Source: Angelakisella sp. (lineage in GTDB: Bacteria; Bacillota; Clostridia; Oscillospirales; Ruminococcaceae). From it: a stretch of 64,000 nucleotides of DNA. Each line of letters starts with the position of its first letter. The first letter of the stretch is position 1. The position numbers were made by a program, and so were the translations under genes. A model generated the notes under the pieces. The model had not been told where the DNA came from. It saw only the letters and a program-made list of their open reading frames with translations, and ran no database searches. Of this stretch, positions 19,295 to 29,058 are shown piece after piece. The stretch spans positions 6,969-70,968 of the forward strand of contig JAAWEO010000001.1 in NCBI GenBank assembly GCA_022794295.1, read 5' to 3'.

Positions 19295-20797
19295 ATGGAA
19301 AAGATCTACGCCGCCATCGACCTGAAAAGTTTTTACGCCTCTGTCGAGTGCATCGAACGGGGCCTGGACCCGCTGACCACTGATCTGGTGGTGGCGGACA
19401 AAAAGCGCACCGAAAAAACCATCTGTCTGGCGGTCACCCCTGCCCTGAAAAGCTATGGCATCCCCGGCAGAGCCCGGCTGTTCGAGGTGGTGCAGAAGGT
19501 CCGGGAGGTCAACCGGCAGCGGCAAAGGAAAGCGCCGGAGGGGAGATTTTCCGGCAGCTCCAGCGATGCAAACGAACTGAACACCCGCCCGGAGCTGGAG
19601 CTGGACTATATCGTCGCCCCGCCCCGGATGGCCCTGTACATGGAGTACAGCACCAGAGTTTATCAGGTCTACCTCAAATACATCGCCCCGGAGGACATTA
19701 TCAACTATTCCATTGATGAAGTGCTGATGGACCTGACCCCCTATCTGAACACCTACCGGCTGCCGCCCCGGGAACTGGTGGCGAAGATCATGCAGGATGT
19801 CCGGGAGACCACCGGCATCACCGCCACCGCCGGCATCGGCTCCAACCTGTACCTGGCAAAAATCGCGATGGATATTTGGGCCAAGCGCATCCCGCCGGAC
19901 AGGGACGGGGTCCGCATCGCCCAGTTGGATGAACAGAGCTACCGCCGCAACCTGTGGGAGCATCGGCCCCTCACCGACTTTTGGCGGGTGGGGCCGGGGT
20001 ACGCCAAAAAGCTGGAGGAACACGGGATGTTCACCATGGGGGATGTGGCCCGGCGCTCCATCCAGAATGAGGATACTTTGTACCGGTTGTTTGGTGTAAA
20101 TGCAGAGTTGCTCATCGACCACGCTTGGGGCTGGGAGCCCTGCACCATCGCAGATATTAAGGCATACAAGCCGGAAACCAACAGTCTTGGCTCCGGGCAG
20201 GTACTGCAATATCCCTATACCGTCGAAAAGGCCCGATTGGTGGTACATGAGATGGCAGATGCCCTCGCCTTAGACCTGCTGGAAAAACGGATGGTCACCG
20301 ACCAGCTTGTACTGACTGTTGGATATGACATCGAAAATCTCACCGACCCGGAGCGGAGAAAGCGGTACAAAGGGCCGGTCACCGTCGACCGCTACGGGCG
20401 GTCTGTGCCGAAGCACGCCCATGGGACGGAGCATCTGGCGAGATACACTTCCTCCGGGCGGGAGATCGTCTGGGCGGCGCTGGCGTTGTTTGACCGGGTT
20501 GTGGACGGGGAACTTCTCATCCGGCGGCTGAACCTCACCGCTTGTAATGTAATTGGTGAAAATGCTGTTCCGGAGGCCCCGGTGGTGGAGCAGTTAGACC
20601 TGTTCACCGACTATTCCGCAAGGGAGGAACAGCAGGCGGAGAGATCCGCCCAGTTAGAGCGGGAGCGGCGGATGCAGGAGGCCATCCTGTCCATCAAGGG
20701 CAGATACGGGAAAAACGCCATCCTCAAGGTACATTCCTTGGAGGATGGCGCAACGGCCCGGGAACGAAACGGAACGATCGGAGGGCATCGGGCGTAA
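19295..20797 (+). CDS. Y-family DNA polymerase, copy 2
   Basis: IDLKSFYASVEC, YSIDEV and QLDLF; close paralog of 8560-10065. Confidence 0.92.
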   Translation: MEKIYAAIDLKSFYASVECIERGLDPLTTDLVVADKKRTEKTICLAVTPALKSYGIPGRARLFEVVQKVREVNRQRQRKAPEGRFSGSSSDANELNTRPELELDYIVAPPRMALYMEYSTRVYQVYLKYIAPEDIINYSIDEVLMDLTPYLNTYRLPPRELVAKIMQDVRETTGITATAGIGSNLYLAKIAMDIWAKRIPPDRDGVRIAQLDEQSYRRNLWEHRPLTDFWRVGPGYAKKLEEHGMFTMGDVARRSIQNEDTLYRLFGVNAELLIDHAWGWEPCTIADIKAYKPETNSLGSGQVLQYPYTVEKARLVVHEMADALALDLLEKRMVTDQLVLTVGYDIENLTDPERRKRYKGPVTVDRYGRSVPKHAHGTEHLARYTSSGREIVWAALALFDRVVDGELLIRRLNLTACNVIGENAVPEAPVVEQLDLFTDYSAREEQQAERSAQLERERRMQEAILSIKGRYGKNAILKVHSLEDGATARERNGTIGGHRA

Positions 20798-21222
20798 TGG
20801 GTAAGTATGACGATATTCTCCACCTGCCCCACCATGTCTCCCCCACCCGGAAGCGGATGACCATGGCGGAGCGGGCGGCGCAGTTTTCCCCCTTTGCGGC
20901 GCTGGTGGGGTACGAGGGGGCGGTACAGGAGACCGCCCGAATGACCGACCAGCATATCGACCTGAGCGAGGATGAAAAGGCAGTGCTGGACCAAAAGCAG
21001 CAGATCATTCTGGCGGCACTGGAGCAAGGGGCGCATCCGGAAGTGACTGTTACCTATTTCCAGCCAGATGCCAAAAAGGATGGCGGGACCTATCTGCGCC
21101 ACAGCGGGCAGATCAAAAAGGTGGAGCAGCTCCGAAACGCGCTTGTTTTTACGGATGGGACAGAGATCCCCTGCTCGAATGTCCTCGCCCTGAGTTCCGA
21201 TTTGTTTTCGCAGTTGGTTTGA
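20797..21222 (+). CDS. YolD-like protein, copy 2
   Basis: YDDILHLPHH...ERAAQFSPFAAL. Confidence 0.85.
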   Translation: MGKYDDILHLPHHVSPTRKRMTMAERAAQFSPFAALVGYEGAVQETARMTDQHIDLSEDEKAVLDQKQQIILAALEQGAHPEVTVTYFQPDAKKDGGTYLRHSGQIKKVEQLRNALVFTDGTEIPCSNVLALSSDLFSQLV

Positions 21223-21297
21223 TACCACGATGCATACGAAAAAACCGCGCTTGTGCTGAAATATAGCATAAGCGCGGTTTTTCTAAGCAGCAGAATA

Positions 21298-21516
21298 TTA
21301 CTCCTCGAATGCGGAGATAAAGTCCTCGATGATTTTTGAAAGAGCTTCTCTCTGCTTCGGGGACAGTCGATCCAGTCCGCTGTGACTGGTCGCTGCGTGA
21401 AAAGCAGGCGATTCCCCACACAACAGGTAGTCCGTAGAGATGGAAAGGCACTCACAGATCTTAATGATATTTTCCGGGCGCATGGCCTTGTGCCCGTTTT
21501 CCGCTGCGGACAGCAT
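21298..21516 (-). pseudogene. N-terminally truncated XRE HTH regulator
   Basis: AENGHKAMRPENIIKIC...STDYLL is only the second half of an XRE domain; no RBS. Confidence 0.6.
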
Positions 21517-21548
21517 TTTAGCTGTATCAAGAAGATGATCTTGCCGAT

Positions 21549-21848
21549 ATGGAAAATGAAATCGCGACTTGCTGCAAACTTTACGAGGCGGAAGAAGGAC
21601 GCTGCTTGATCCATGAACTCTTCCTCCGGGCCGAGGTTTTCCAGTACCGGCGGCAGCTGAACCGGGGCAAGGATCATTCTTGGGAGGAATACCTCCAAGA
21701 TGTCATCCAAAATAGCCAGCTGTGGGATGAGCTTGTATTGGCATTCCGCGATGCGTTGCTGCGCTTGGATCTCAAAGCTGTTTGGCGATCAGATGAACTT
21801 GAAGGGCTGGTCAAGGAGATCGAGGCCCGAAAGAAAACAGAGAGCTAA
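21549..21848 (+). CDS. Hypothetical protein, possibly 5'-truncated
   Basis: Frame is open back to 21522; no clear RBS. Confidence 0.45.
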   Translation: MENEIATCCKLYEAEEGRCLIHELFLRAEVFQYRRQLNRGKDHSWEEYLQDVIQNSQLWDELVLAFRDALLRLDLKAVWRSDELEGLVKEIEARKKTES

Positions 21849-21916
21849 AGGGAAGTATGTTTTTTGCGGCCATAACCATTTGGATATTTTATAATTTTTA
21901 GACGAACAGTATTTTC

Positions 21917-21975
21917 AAAAGAAAACCAAGGGCAAAGAACAGAAGGGATCTGTTCTTTGCCCTTGGTTTTCTTTT
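21917..21975. terminator. Perfect 27-bp inverted repeat, bidirectional terminator
   Basis: AAAAGAAAACCAAGGGCAAAGAACAGA-aggga-TCTGTTCTTTGCCCTTGGTTTTCTTTT. Confidence 0.8.
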
Positions 21976-22005
21976 TGCTGCTTGCGGATAGGGGAATTAT
22001 GATAG

Positions 22006-22665
<660 letters not shown>

Positions 22666-22674
22666 ACACAAAAA

Positions 22675-22851
22675 GAACACTATCAAAAGGTATACTTTTT
22701 GGTAGTGTTCAGCTTATGACGATGTTTTGTGCAATTCTGCTTCCAGAACTGCTTTCACTATTGCTTATTCGGTCAATCTACTGAAAACTAAAGGGGTTCT
22801 GCAAAATTTTTTCTTACTATCAAAAGGTATACTTTTTGATAGTAAGAAAAA
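22675..22851. repeat. Pair of 28-bp palindromic recombination-like sites flanking a putative invertible segment
   Basis: ACTATCAAAAGGTATACTTTTTGGTAGT (22679-22706) and ACTATCAAAAGGTATACTTTTTGATAGT (22816-22843), both with a central AT. Confidence 0.85.
22766..22792 (-). promoter_or_regulatory. sigma28 (FliA/SigD)-like promoter inside the putative invertible segment
   Basis: Minus strand TTTAGTTT-N11-ACCGAATA versus consensus TAAAGTTT-N11-GCCGATAA. Confidence 0.45.
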
Positions 22852-22870
22852 GCGCACGGAGGCAGGAAAA

Positions 22871-23152
22871 ATGCTGGTTTTAACACGGAGGCTTGGGGAA
22901 TTTCTGGTCCTGAATGACAACATCTTTATCAGCGTCTTTGAAGGGGGCAACGGCGACCAAGTGAAAATCGCCATCGAGGCCCCGGAGGATGTGAAGATCG
23001 CCCGGAGCGAGATGTTCGCGGACTGCGAGGAGGTCCAGCGGAAGCTGGAGGCCATCCGGTCCAAGAAGGTGGGCAGGCGGACCAAAAAGACCCGGAAGGA
23101 AATGGAGCGGCTGGGCACTGTCAAAAGTCCCTCCCAGGAAGCTCCCCGGTGA
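22871..23152 (+). CDS. csrA: Carbon storage regulator CsrA
   Basis: MLVLTRRLGE...QVKIAIEAPEDVKIARSE plus a basic C-terminal tail. Confidence 0.88.
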   Translation: MLVLTRRLGEFLVLNDNIFISVFEGGNGDQVKIAIEAPEDVKIARSEMFADCEEVQRKLEAIRSKKVGRRTKKTRKEMERLGTVKSPSQEAPR

Positions 23153-23312
23153 CCCTGCGGCGGGAGCCGCACGTAACATCGTTTTCAGCTCCGCCCGGCG
23201 CAGTGCGCGCGGCGTTGGGCGGGGATGAAAAAATATTATTTTGAACAACCGTTATCCCAAAGGTTCAGATAAGGACGCTGAAACTGGATACCGGTTGGAT
23301 GGAGGTATTACA

Positions 23313-25424
23313 ATGGGAATGGTCGTAAGAACCAACACAATGGCGCTCAACGCGTACCGTCAGCTGGGCATGAACAACGCTGCTGTCACAAAGTCTCTGG
23401 AGAAGCTGTCCTCCGGTTTCCGGATCAACCGGGCCGGTGACGATGCCGCCGGTCTGGCCATCAGCGAGAAGATGAAGGCCCAGATCACCGGCCTGGAGAC
23501 CGCCTCCGCCAACGCCCAGGATGGCATCTCCCTCATCCAGACCGCCGAAGGCAACCTCACCGAGGTTCACTCCATGCTGAACCGTATGGTTGAGCTGGCC
23601 ACCAAGTCCGCCAACGGCACCTACACCAGCACCGAGCGTGACGCCCTCCAGGACGAGGTCGATGCCCTGCTGGATGAAATCAACCGTATTTCCAAGTCTG
23701 CCAACTTCAACGGCACCCGCCTGCTGGATGGCTCCATGGGCCTGAATAAGGATGCCTTTGAGATTGGCGCCACAACGGATGCCGCCTCCGGCGCGAAGAT
23801 CACCATTGCCGGTCTGGCTGCCAGCGGTGCCACCACAGCACACACGAATGTCGCCGGGGTACCCTCTCAGGGCGCTGCTTTCAGCATCGACCTGGCTGAC
23901 TTTGTGGGTGACCTCACCAAGGAGACCGTGGCCAATGTCGCCTTCGCTGTCACCATTGCTGGTCAGAAGTTTTCCACCGGCGCCATTGACTGCACTGCTG
24001 CAGCGAACAAGAAAAAGTATACTGGTGCTGACCTGGTCGATAAGATCCTTGCAAACACCGCCAACTTCTATACAACCGCAGCAAGCGCTCCCGGCGGCAC
24101 CGGCAGCACTGACAAATTCGTTGTGCTTGATGGCGCCTTCTATAAGGTAGGCAAGGATGGCTCGAAGCTCACCTTTACCTATGCCGGCGCGGAAGCAAAC
24201 TATGATAAGGCCACAGCAACAGATACTGTCACCACCACAATGGAGGGCATCAACGCCAAGCTTGGCCACAATGTGGAGGTAGCAATCGAAAACGGGAGCA
24301 CCAACGGTGCCGCTTCTACTGGCGCTTCGTATCATGGTGTTGTGGACATCACCAAGGCGCAAGCGAAGGTTGAGGGCAAGCGCGCCGGTATCCAGCTGAA
24401 TCTCGCCCAGATGGCGGATCTGTTCCAGGATGGCGCGCAGCTCAAGATTGATGACACCGTCTTCACCTTCAAGCTCAATGCCAACAGCACCTTCACCGGC
24501 AATGTCATCGACCTGAGCAAGGTAAAGGGTGCCGGCGCTACTCCTACCGCTGCCGAGTATGCCGCCGAGGCTGCCAAGCAGATGTCCAATATGTCCACCG
24601 GCCACTTTGAGATCTCCGCTGCCGGTACTGCTGGTTCCGGCGTAATCAGTGTGGACCAGACCGTTGCGGATTACAATGATGGCGCAAACGCCCCCTATGA
24701 CACCTACCAGAAGCTGGTGGATCTGTTCTCCGCCAACCAGGCCGGGACCGGCGCTTCTATCAATTTGAAGATGGATGTTTCCAAGCTGAATGCCGGTGAC
24801 GCCATTAAGATTGGCAGCAAGACCTACACCTTCGTGAAGGAAAACAGCAACCCCGCCCCCACCGATCCCAATCAGGTGGAGGTTCTGCTGGGCACCAACA
24901 ATGGCGACGCCATCACCAACCTCATCGCCAAGCTGGCGGAGGATGGTCTCACCGCCACCAATAACGCCGGTACCCTGACCATCACCGCCGCGGCCGGAGT
25001 CACAACTCCTCCCACCATCATGGGCGCGGGTCTGACCCTCCAGATCGGCGACACCGCGGATTCCTTCAACAAGATGACGGTTGCTGTCAATGACATGAGC
25101 GCCAAGGGCCTGGGCCTGGATGGTCTGGACATCACCAGCGAGACCAAGGCCAGCGACGCCATCGACAAGATCAAGACCGCCATCAACACCGTTTCCACCG
25201 CCCGTGCCAGCATGGGTGCCCTCCAGAACCGTCTGGAGCACACCATCAACAACCTGGATGTTGCGGTTGAGAACCTGAGTGCTGCTAACAGCCGTATCCG
25301 GGACACCGATATGGCCAAGGAAATGATGAACTACACCAAGATGAATGTCCTGGTGCAGTCCGCCCAGGCCATGCTGGCCCAGGCCAACCAGCAGCCCCAG
25401 AGCGTCCTCCAGCTCCTCCAGTAA
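23313..25424 (+). CDS. fliC: Flagellin, 703 aa, with a large variable domain
   Basis: EKLSSGFRINRAGDDAAGLAISEKM N-terminus; MGALQNRLEH...SRIRDTDMAKEM...AMLAQANQ C-terminus; GGAGGT RBS. Confidence 0.97.
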   Translation: MGMVVRTNTMALNAYRQLGMNNAAVTKSLEKLSSGFRINRAGDDAAGLAISEKMKAQITGLETASANAQDGISLIQTAEGNLTEVHSMLNRMVELATKSANGTYTSTERDALQDEVDALLDEINRISKSANFNGTRLLDGSMGLNKDAFEIGATTDAASGAKITIAGLAASGATTAHTNVAGVPSQGAAFSIDLADFVGDLTKETVANVAFAVTIAGQKFSTGAIDCTAAANKKKYTGADLVDKILANTANFYTTAASAPGGTGSTDKFVVLDGAFYKVGKDGSKLTFTYAGAEANYDKATATDTVTTTMEGINAKLGHNVEVAIENGSTNGAASTGASYHGVVDITKAQAKVEGKRAGIQLNLAQMADLFQDGAQLKIDDTVFTFKLNANSTFTGNVIDLSKVKGAGATPTAAEYAAEAAKQMSNMSTGHFEISAAGTAGSGVISVDQTVADYNDGANAPYDTYQKLVDLFSANQAGTGASINLKMDVSKLNAGDAIKIGSKTYTFVKENSNPAPTDPNQVEVLLGTNNGDAITNLIAKLAEDGLTATNNAGTLTITAAAGVTTPPTIMGAGLTLQIGDTADSFNKMTVAVNDMSAKGLGLDGLDITSETKASDAIDKIKTAINTVSTARASMGALQNRLEHTINNLDVAVENLSAANSRIRDTDMAKEMMNYTKMNVLVQSAQAMLAQANQQPQSVLQLLQ

Positions 25425-25580
25425 GCGGAGCGGCATAACGCTCTCCCTGACTGATTTGCCAGTCACCCAAAACCCGGCCCCCGGCGGGGGCACAGCTCCG
25501 GGGGGCCGCCTTTCGGCGGTCCCCCGGTTGGTATATCAGCGTGCGGCCCGGGCCGGATGCGGAAAAGAGGAAAAAGATCA

Positions 25581-27803
25581 ATGAAAAGCTCCCCCTTACT
25601 CTCCATTGGCATCATCTTCAAAAACGAGGAGCGCTGCATCGAGCGCTGCTTAAAATCCCTGGAGCCCCTGCGCCAGGCCGTTTCCTGCGAGCTCATTATG
25701 GCGGACACCGGCGCGGAGGACGCCAGCCGGGAGATCGCCGAGAGATATGCAGACCAGGTATTTGATTTTCCATGGATCAGCGATTTTGCCGCCGCCCGGA
25801 ATGCCGTGATGGACCGCTGCACCGGCAAGTGGTTTTTGTCCATGGACTGCGACGAATGGCTGGACGCCAGCATTTCAGAGCTGGCAGCCTTTGTGAAAAG
25901 CAAGCGCAGGGACCTGGCGGATCATGGCTTTGTTGTGGTGCGCAATTATAAAACCCCGGAGCTGGAGCAGAGCGAATTGTACGGGGATTTCAACGCCCTG
26001 CGCCTGGTAAGGATGTCCACGGGAGGCCGTTTCCATGGGGCCATCCACGAATATCTGGACTATGTGGAACCGGCGGTGCGCCTCACCCGCACCATCCTGC
26101 ACCATGACGGCTACTGTCTGGAGGATCCCCAGCAGAACAGGGAGAAATACAAGCGCAACATGGAATTGCTGCGCAAGGAGCTGGAGAAAGACCCGGAAAG
26201 CCTGCGGGTGCTGATGCAGTGCATCGAAAGCGAAATGCAGGGTGCGAATCGGGTCCAGTATATCCGTCAGGCCATGGCCCTGATCCAGAGCGGGAAGGCG
26301 GTTGGAATAGAGTTTTTTGCTCCGGTCATCTTGGCCCATGCGGCGGAAAATGCCCGCCTGCTGGAAATGACAGAACAGGAGGAATGGGTCGAGTTTGCCT
26401 TCCGGGAATTCCCCAACTCCATTTTTGTCAAAATTGATGTCAACTACGCCGCCTTTATGGCGGCATATGACGCCAAGGAATGGGAAAAGGCCATCCAATA
26501 CGGCGAAGGCTATCGGGAGGGCTTCGCCGCCTACCACTGTGATTCACCGTCCCCGGAAATACTCATCGAGGCTGGGGCCGGGATCATCCGCGCGGCAAGC
26601 GCGGCCAGCGAACGGATCATCCTGGTGGGTCTTGCGGACGCCTACCTTCACTGCGGCCAGAGGGAAACGGCCCTTCAGATTCTTTCCCAGCTGGATTTTG
26701 AAAAGCTGGAGGGCAAGCAGCTGCAGAACACGGTAGTTGCTCTAAGCCAGATCCACGCCCAGTCCATGCTGGATGTCTCCCCGCTTATGGTCAAGCTTTA
26801 CGGCCAGCCGGACAAGAGTACAGCGGACCAGGCCAGGCAGCAGGCCCGCTTTGACGCCTTTCACACCATCGCCGCGGCCGCCTTTACCGAAAGCTACCGG
26901 GAAGAGGAGACGGAACAGGAGGGCTATTGGCGCCCCGCCTACACCGCTTTTCTCTGTCTGGCCGACCGGTGCGAGGCCGGGCGCGCCGCAGCCATCCTCC
27001 AGGCCGAGACCCCGGAGGAAATGCGCCGCTGGCTCCTTGAGGTGGAGGACTGGCAGGCTCTTCCCATTGAGGCACTGGAATACGCCATCCGGGCGGGGGT
27101 AGATTTCCCTCTGGCGGAAAAGCCCCTGAGTGTCGAGGTGTTGGATGGTCTGGCCACCAAGTTGACCTACGGAGAAAACCTCACCCGTCAGCTGGCCCTA
27201 AAGCCCTCCGGCAGTCTGGGAGATCCCTTCTGGGAGCTGTCGCTTACCTTGGCGGCGATGTATACCTTCAACTGGACCTTGGGCAAGCACAACAAGCCGG
27301 TCAGCCCTTTCCTCTGCCCTGCCAAGCCGGATAAGGATACGAAGCCGGACAAGAGACCCGAGGATACCCCGGAAGTGGGTCTTGCCCTCATCCGCCGCTT
27401 TGCCCAGGTGGAAAGCGCCGCGCTGCCTAAACTGTACGCCGCTTCTATGCTGACCGAGGCGAACATCACCCTGCTGCCCCCTATGCACCGCTGGGGTCTT
27501 TACTGCGCAAGAGCGCTGGAGCTCTTGGACAGCGGCAACCCCCGGGAATATCTTGCCGTTCTGCGCCGGGGCCTGAAAGCCTGCCCCGGGCAAAAGGATA
27601 TGGTGCAGTTCCTGCTGGACCGCTTCCTGGAGGACACCCGCCCCCAGACCAGCCCGGAGCTGCTGGAGCTGGCGGGGAAGATTCGGGAGATTCTCGCCGC
27701 CTGCTCCCCCGACGACCCTGCCGCCAAGGCCATCCGGGAGAGCGATGCCTACCGCCAGGTGGCCTGGCTCATCGAGGAACCAGCCAGCACGATGCTACAG
27801 TGA
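25581..27803 (+). CDS. GT2 glycosyltransferase with TPR-like region, flagellin-glycosylation type
   Basis: SIGIIFKNEERCIERCL, DTG, DFAAARN, MDCDE, IHEYL and HDGY motifs. Confidence 0.88.
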   Translation: MKSSPLLSIGIIFKNEERCIERCLKSLEPLRQAVSCELIMADTGAEDASREIAERYADQVFDFPWISDFAAARNAVMDRCTGKWFLSMDCDEWLDASISELAAFVKSKRRDLADHGFVVVRNYKTPELEQSELYGDFNALRLVRMSTGGRFHGAIHEYLDYVEPAVRLTRTILHHDGYCLEDPQQNREKYKRNMELLRKELEKDPESLRVLMQCIESEMQGANRVQYIRQAMALIQSGKAVGIEFFAPVILAHAAENARLLEMTEQEEWVEFAFREFPNSIFVKIDVNYAAFMAAYDAKEWEKAIQYGEGYREGFAAYHCDSPSPEILIEAGAGIIRAASAASERIILVGLADAYLHCGQRETALQILSQLDFEKLEGKQLQNTVVALSQIHAQSMLDVSPLMVKLYGQPDKSTADQARQQARFDAFHTIAAAAFTESYREEETEQEGYWRPAYTAFLCLADRCEAGRAAAILQAETPEEMRRWLLEVEDWQALPIEALEYAIRAGVDFPLAEKPLSVEVLDGLATKLTYGENLTRQLALKPSGSLGDPFWELSLTLAAMYTFNWTLGKHNKPVSPFLCPAKPDKDTKPDKRPEDTPEVGLALIRRFAQVESAALPKLYAASMLTEANITLLPPMHRWGLYCARALELLDSGNPREYLAVLRRGLKACPGQKDMVQFLLDRFLEDTRPQTSPELLELAGKIREILAACSPDDPAAKAIRESDAYRQVAWLIEEPASTMLQ

Positions 27804-27825
27804 CCAAAGGAAGGGAGAAAGCGCG

Positions 27826-29034
27826 ATGGATAAGCCGCAGATCGAGAAGATCCTTTCCCTGCTGGAGACAATAGGCCAGGGTTTGGAACACCTGCAAACC
27901 CACGAGGACGAAACCGTCCGGCAGGCGGTCCTTGCAGGCAGGAAGGCAGTAACGGCCGAGATCGAGAGTGCCCTTGGCAGGTCCCTGACCCAGCAGATCA
28001 ACGCCAATGCCCTCAACGATGGGGAGTGGCTGGGAGCTATATACCGGATCGTGGAGCAGTTGGCGGATCCTTTTGTGCCCCAAAACACCTATGACCAAGA
28101 GTTTATGAACCTGATAAGTCAGCTTTGGCAGACCAACGAAGCCGCCCTTCTCCAAGGGATGAAACAAGTGCTGCACCAATGGAAACAGAGCGTCAAAGGT
28201 GTAGATGCTTGGAACGCTTTCGTAGAGTATTTCGAGAAATACCCCCTGTGGGGGACCCTCTACCCGGAGCGGGGGGACTTCGACACCCTCCAGCGCCGGG
28301 CGGCGGTCCTCAAGCGCCACAGCTATGACTTTTTGTGGCTCTACCGCCGCTTGGAGGACTACCTTTCCAAGCGCACCCTTGCGGCGATTTTAATTAACTG
28401 GGCGGTCCTGAACATTGATGCCCTGTTAAAGGTCAATTCTATCTTCCCGGACTACTGGGAGCCGGACCTGTTCCCCACCAACAGGGATGATGTTCTGGTG
28501 GATGTGGGGGCCTATACCGGGGATTCCATCGCCCAGTATGTACAGATGTACGGCAAGGAGTACAAACGGATCTATGCCTACGAAATTTCCCCGGAAAGCT
28601 GCGCTGCCATCCGGGATACCGTTAAGAAGCAGGGGCTCCATGATGTGGTCATCTGCAACAAAGGGGCTGGGTCGGCCCCCGGGGAACTGTTCCTCAGCCA
28701 GTCCACCGACGCCTCCGCCAACCAGCTCAGCGCGGAGGAGACCTCCGGCCAGCGCATCCGGGTGGTCCCCCTGGACGATGACCTCCCGGAGCCGGTGACC
28801 TTCCTGAAGATGGACATCGAGGGGGCGGAGTGGGACACGCTGCTGGGCTGCCAGCGGATCATCGCAGAGGAACATCCCAAGCTGGCTATTTGTGTGTATC
28901 ATGGATATGACGACCTGTGGCGCATCCCCGCCCTCATCGACAGCATCTACCCGAATTATGAGTTTTACCTGCGTCACTACGGCGGCAATCTCAACCCCAC
29001 GGAATTTGTGCTGCTCTGCCGGCCCCGCTCTTAA
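27826..29034 (+). CDS. FkbM-family methyltransferase
   Basis: VDVGAYTGD, FLKMDIEGAE, PKLAICVYH. Confidence 0.9.
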   Translation: MDKPQIEKILSLLETIGQGLEHLQTHEDETVRQAVLAGRKAVTAEIESALGRSLTQQINANALNDGEWLGAIYRIVEQLADPFVPQNTYDQEFMNLISQLWQTNEAALLQGMKQVLHQWKQSVKGVDAWNAFVEYFEKYPLWGTLYPERGDFDTLQRRAAVLKRHSYDFLWLYRRLEDYLSKRTLAAILINWAVLNIDALLKVNSIFPDYWEPDLFPTNRDDVLVDVGAYTGDSIAQYVQMYGKEYKRIYAYEISPESCAAIRDTVKKQGLHDVVICNKGAGSAPGELFLSQSTDASANQLSAEETSGQRIRVVPLDDDLPEPVTFLKMDIEGAEWDTLLGCQRIIAEEHPKLAICVYHGYDDLWRIPALIDSIYPNYEFYLRHYGGNLNPTEFVLLCRPRS

Positions 29035-29058
29035 AAACAGGAAGGTTGGTGCGATATT

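Noticed and set aside
22788-22815. CTAAAG as a plus-strand sigma28 -35 (switch ON reading)
   Set aside because: No CCGA-type -10 at the required distance on the plus strand
23265-25493. 742-aa antisense ORF opposite the flagellin
   Set aside because: Shadow of strongly biased codon usage; no RBS or recognisable motif
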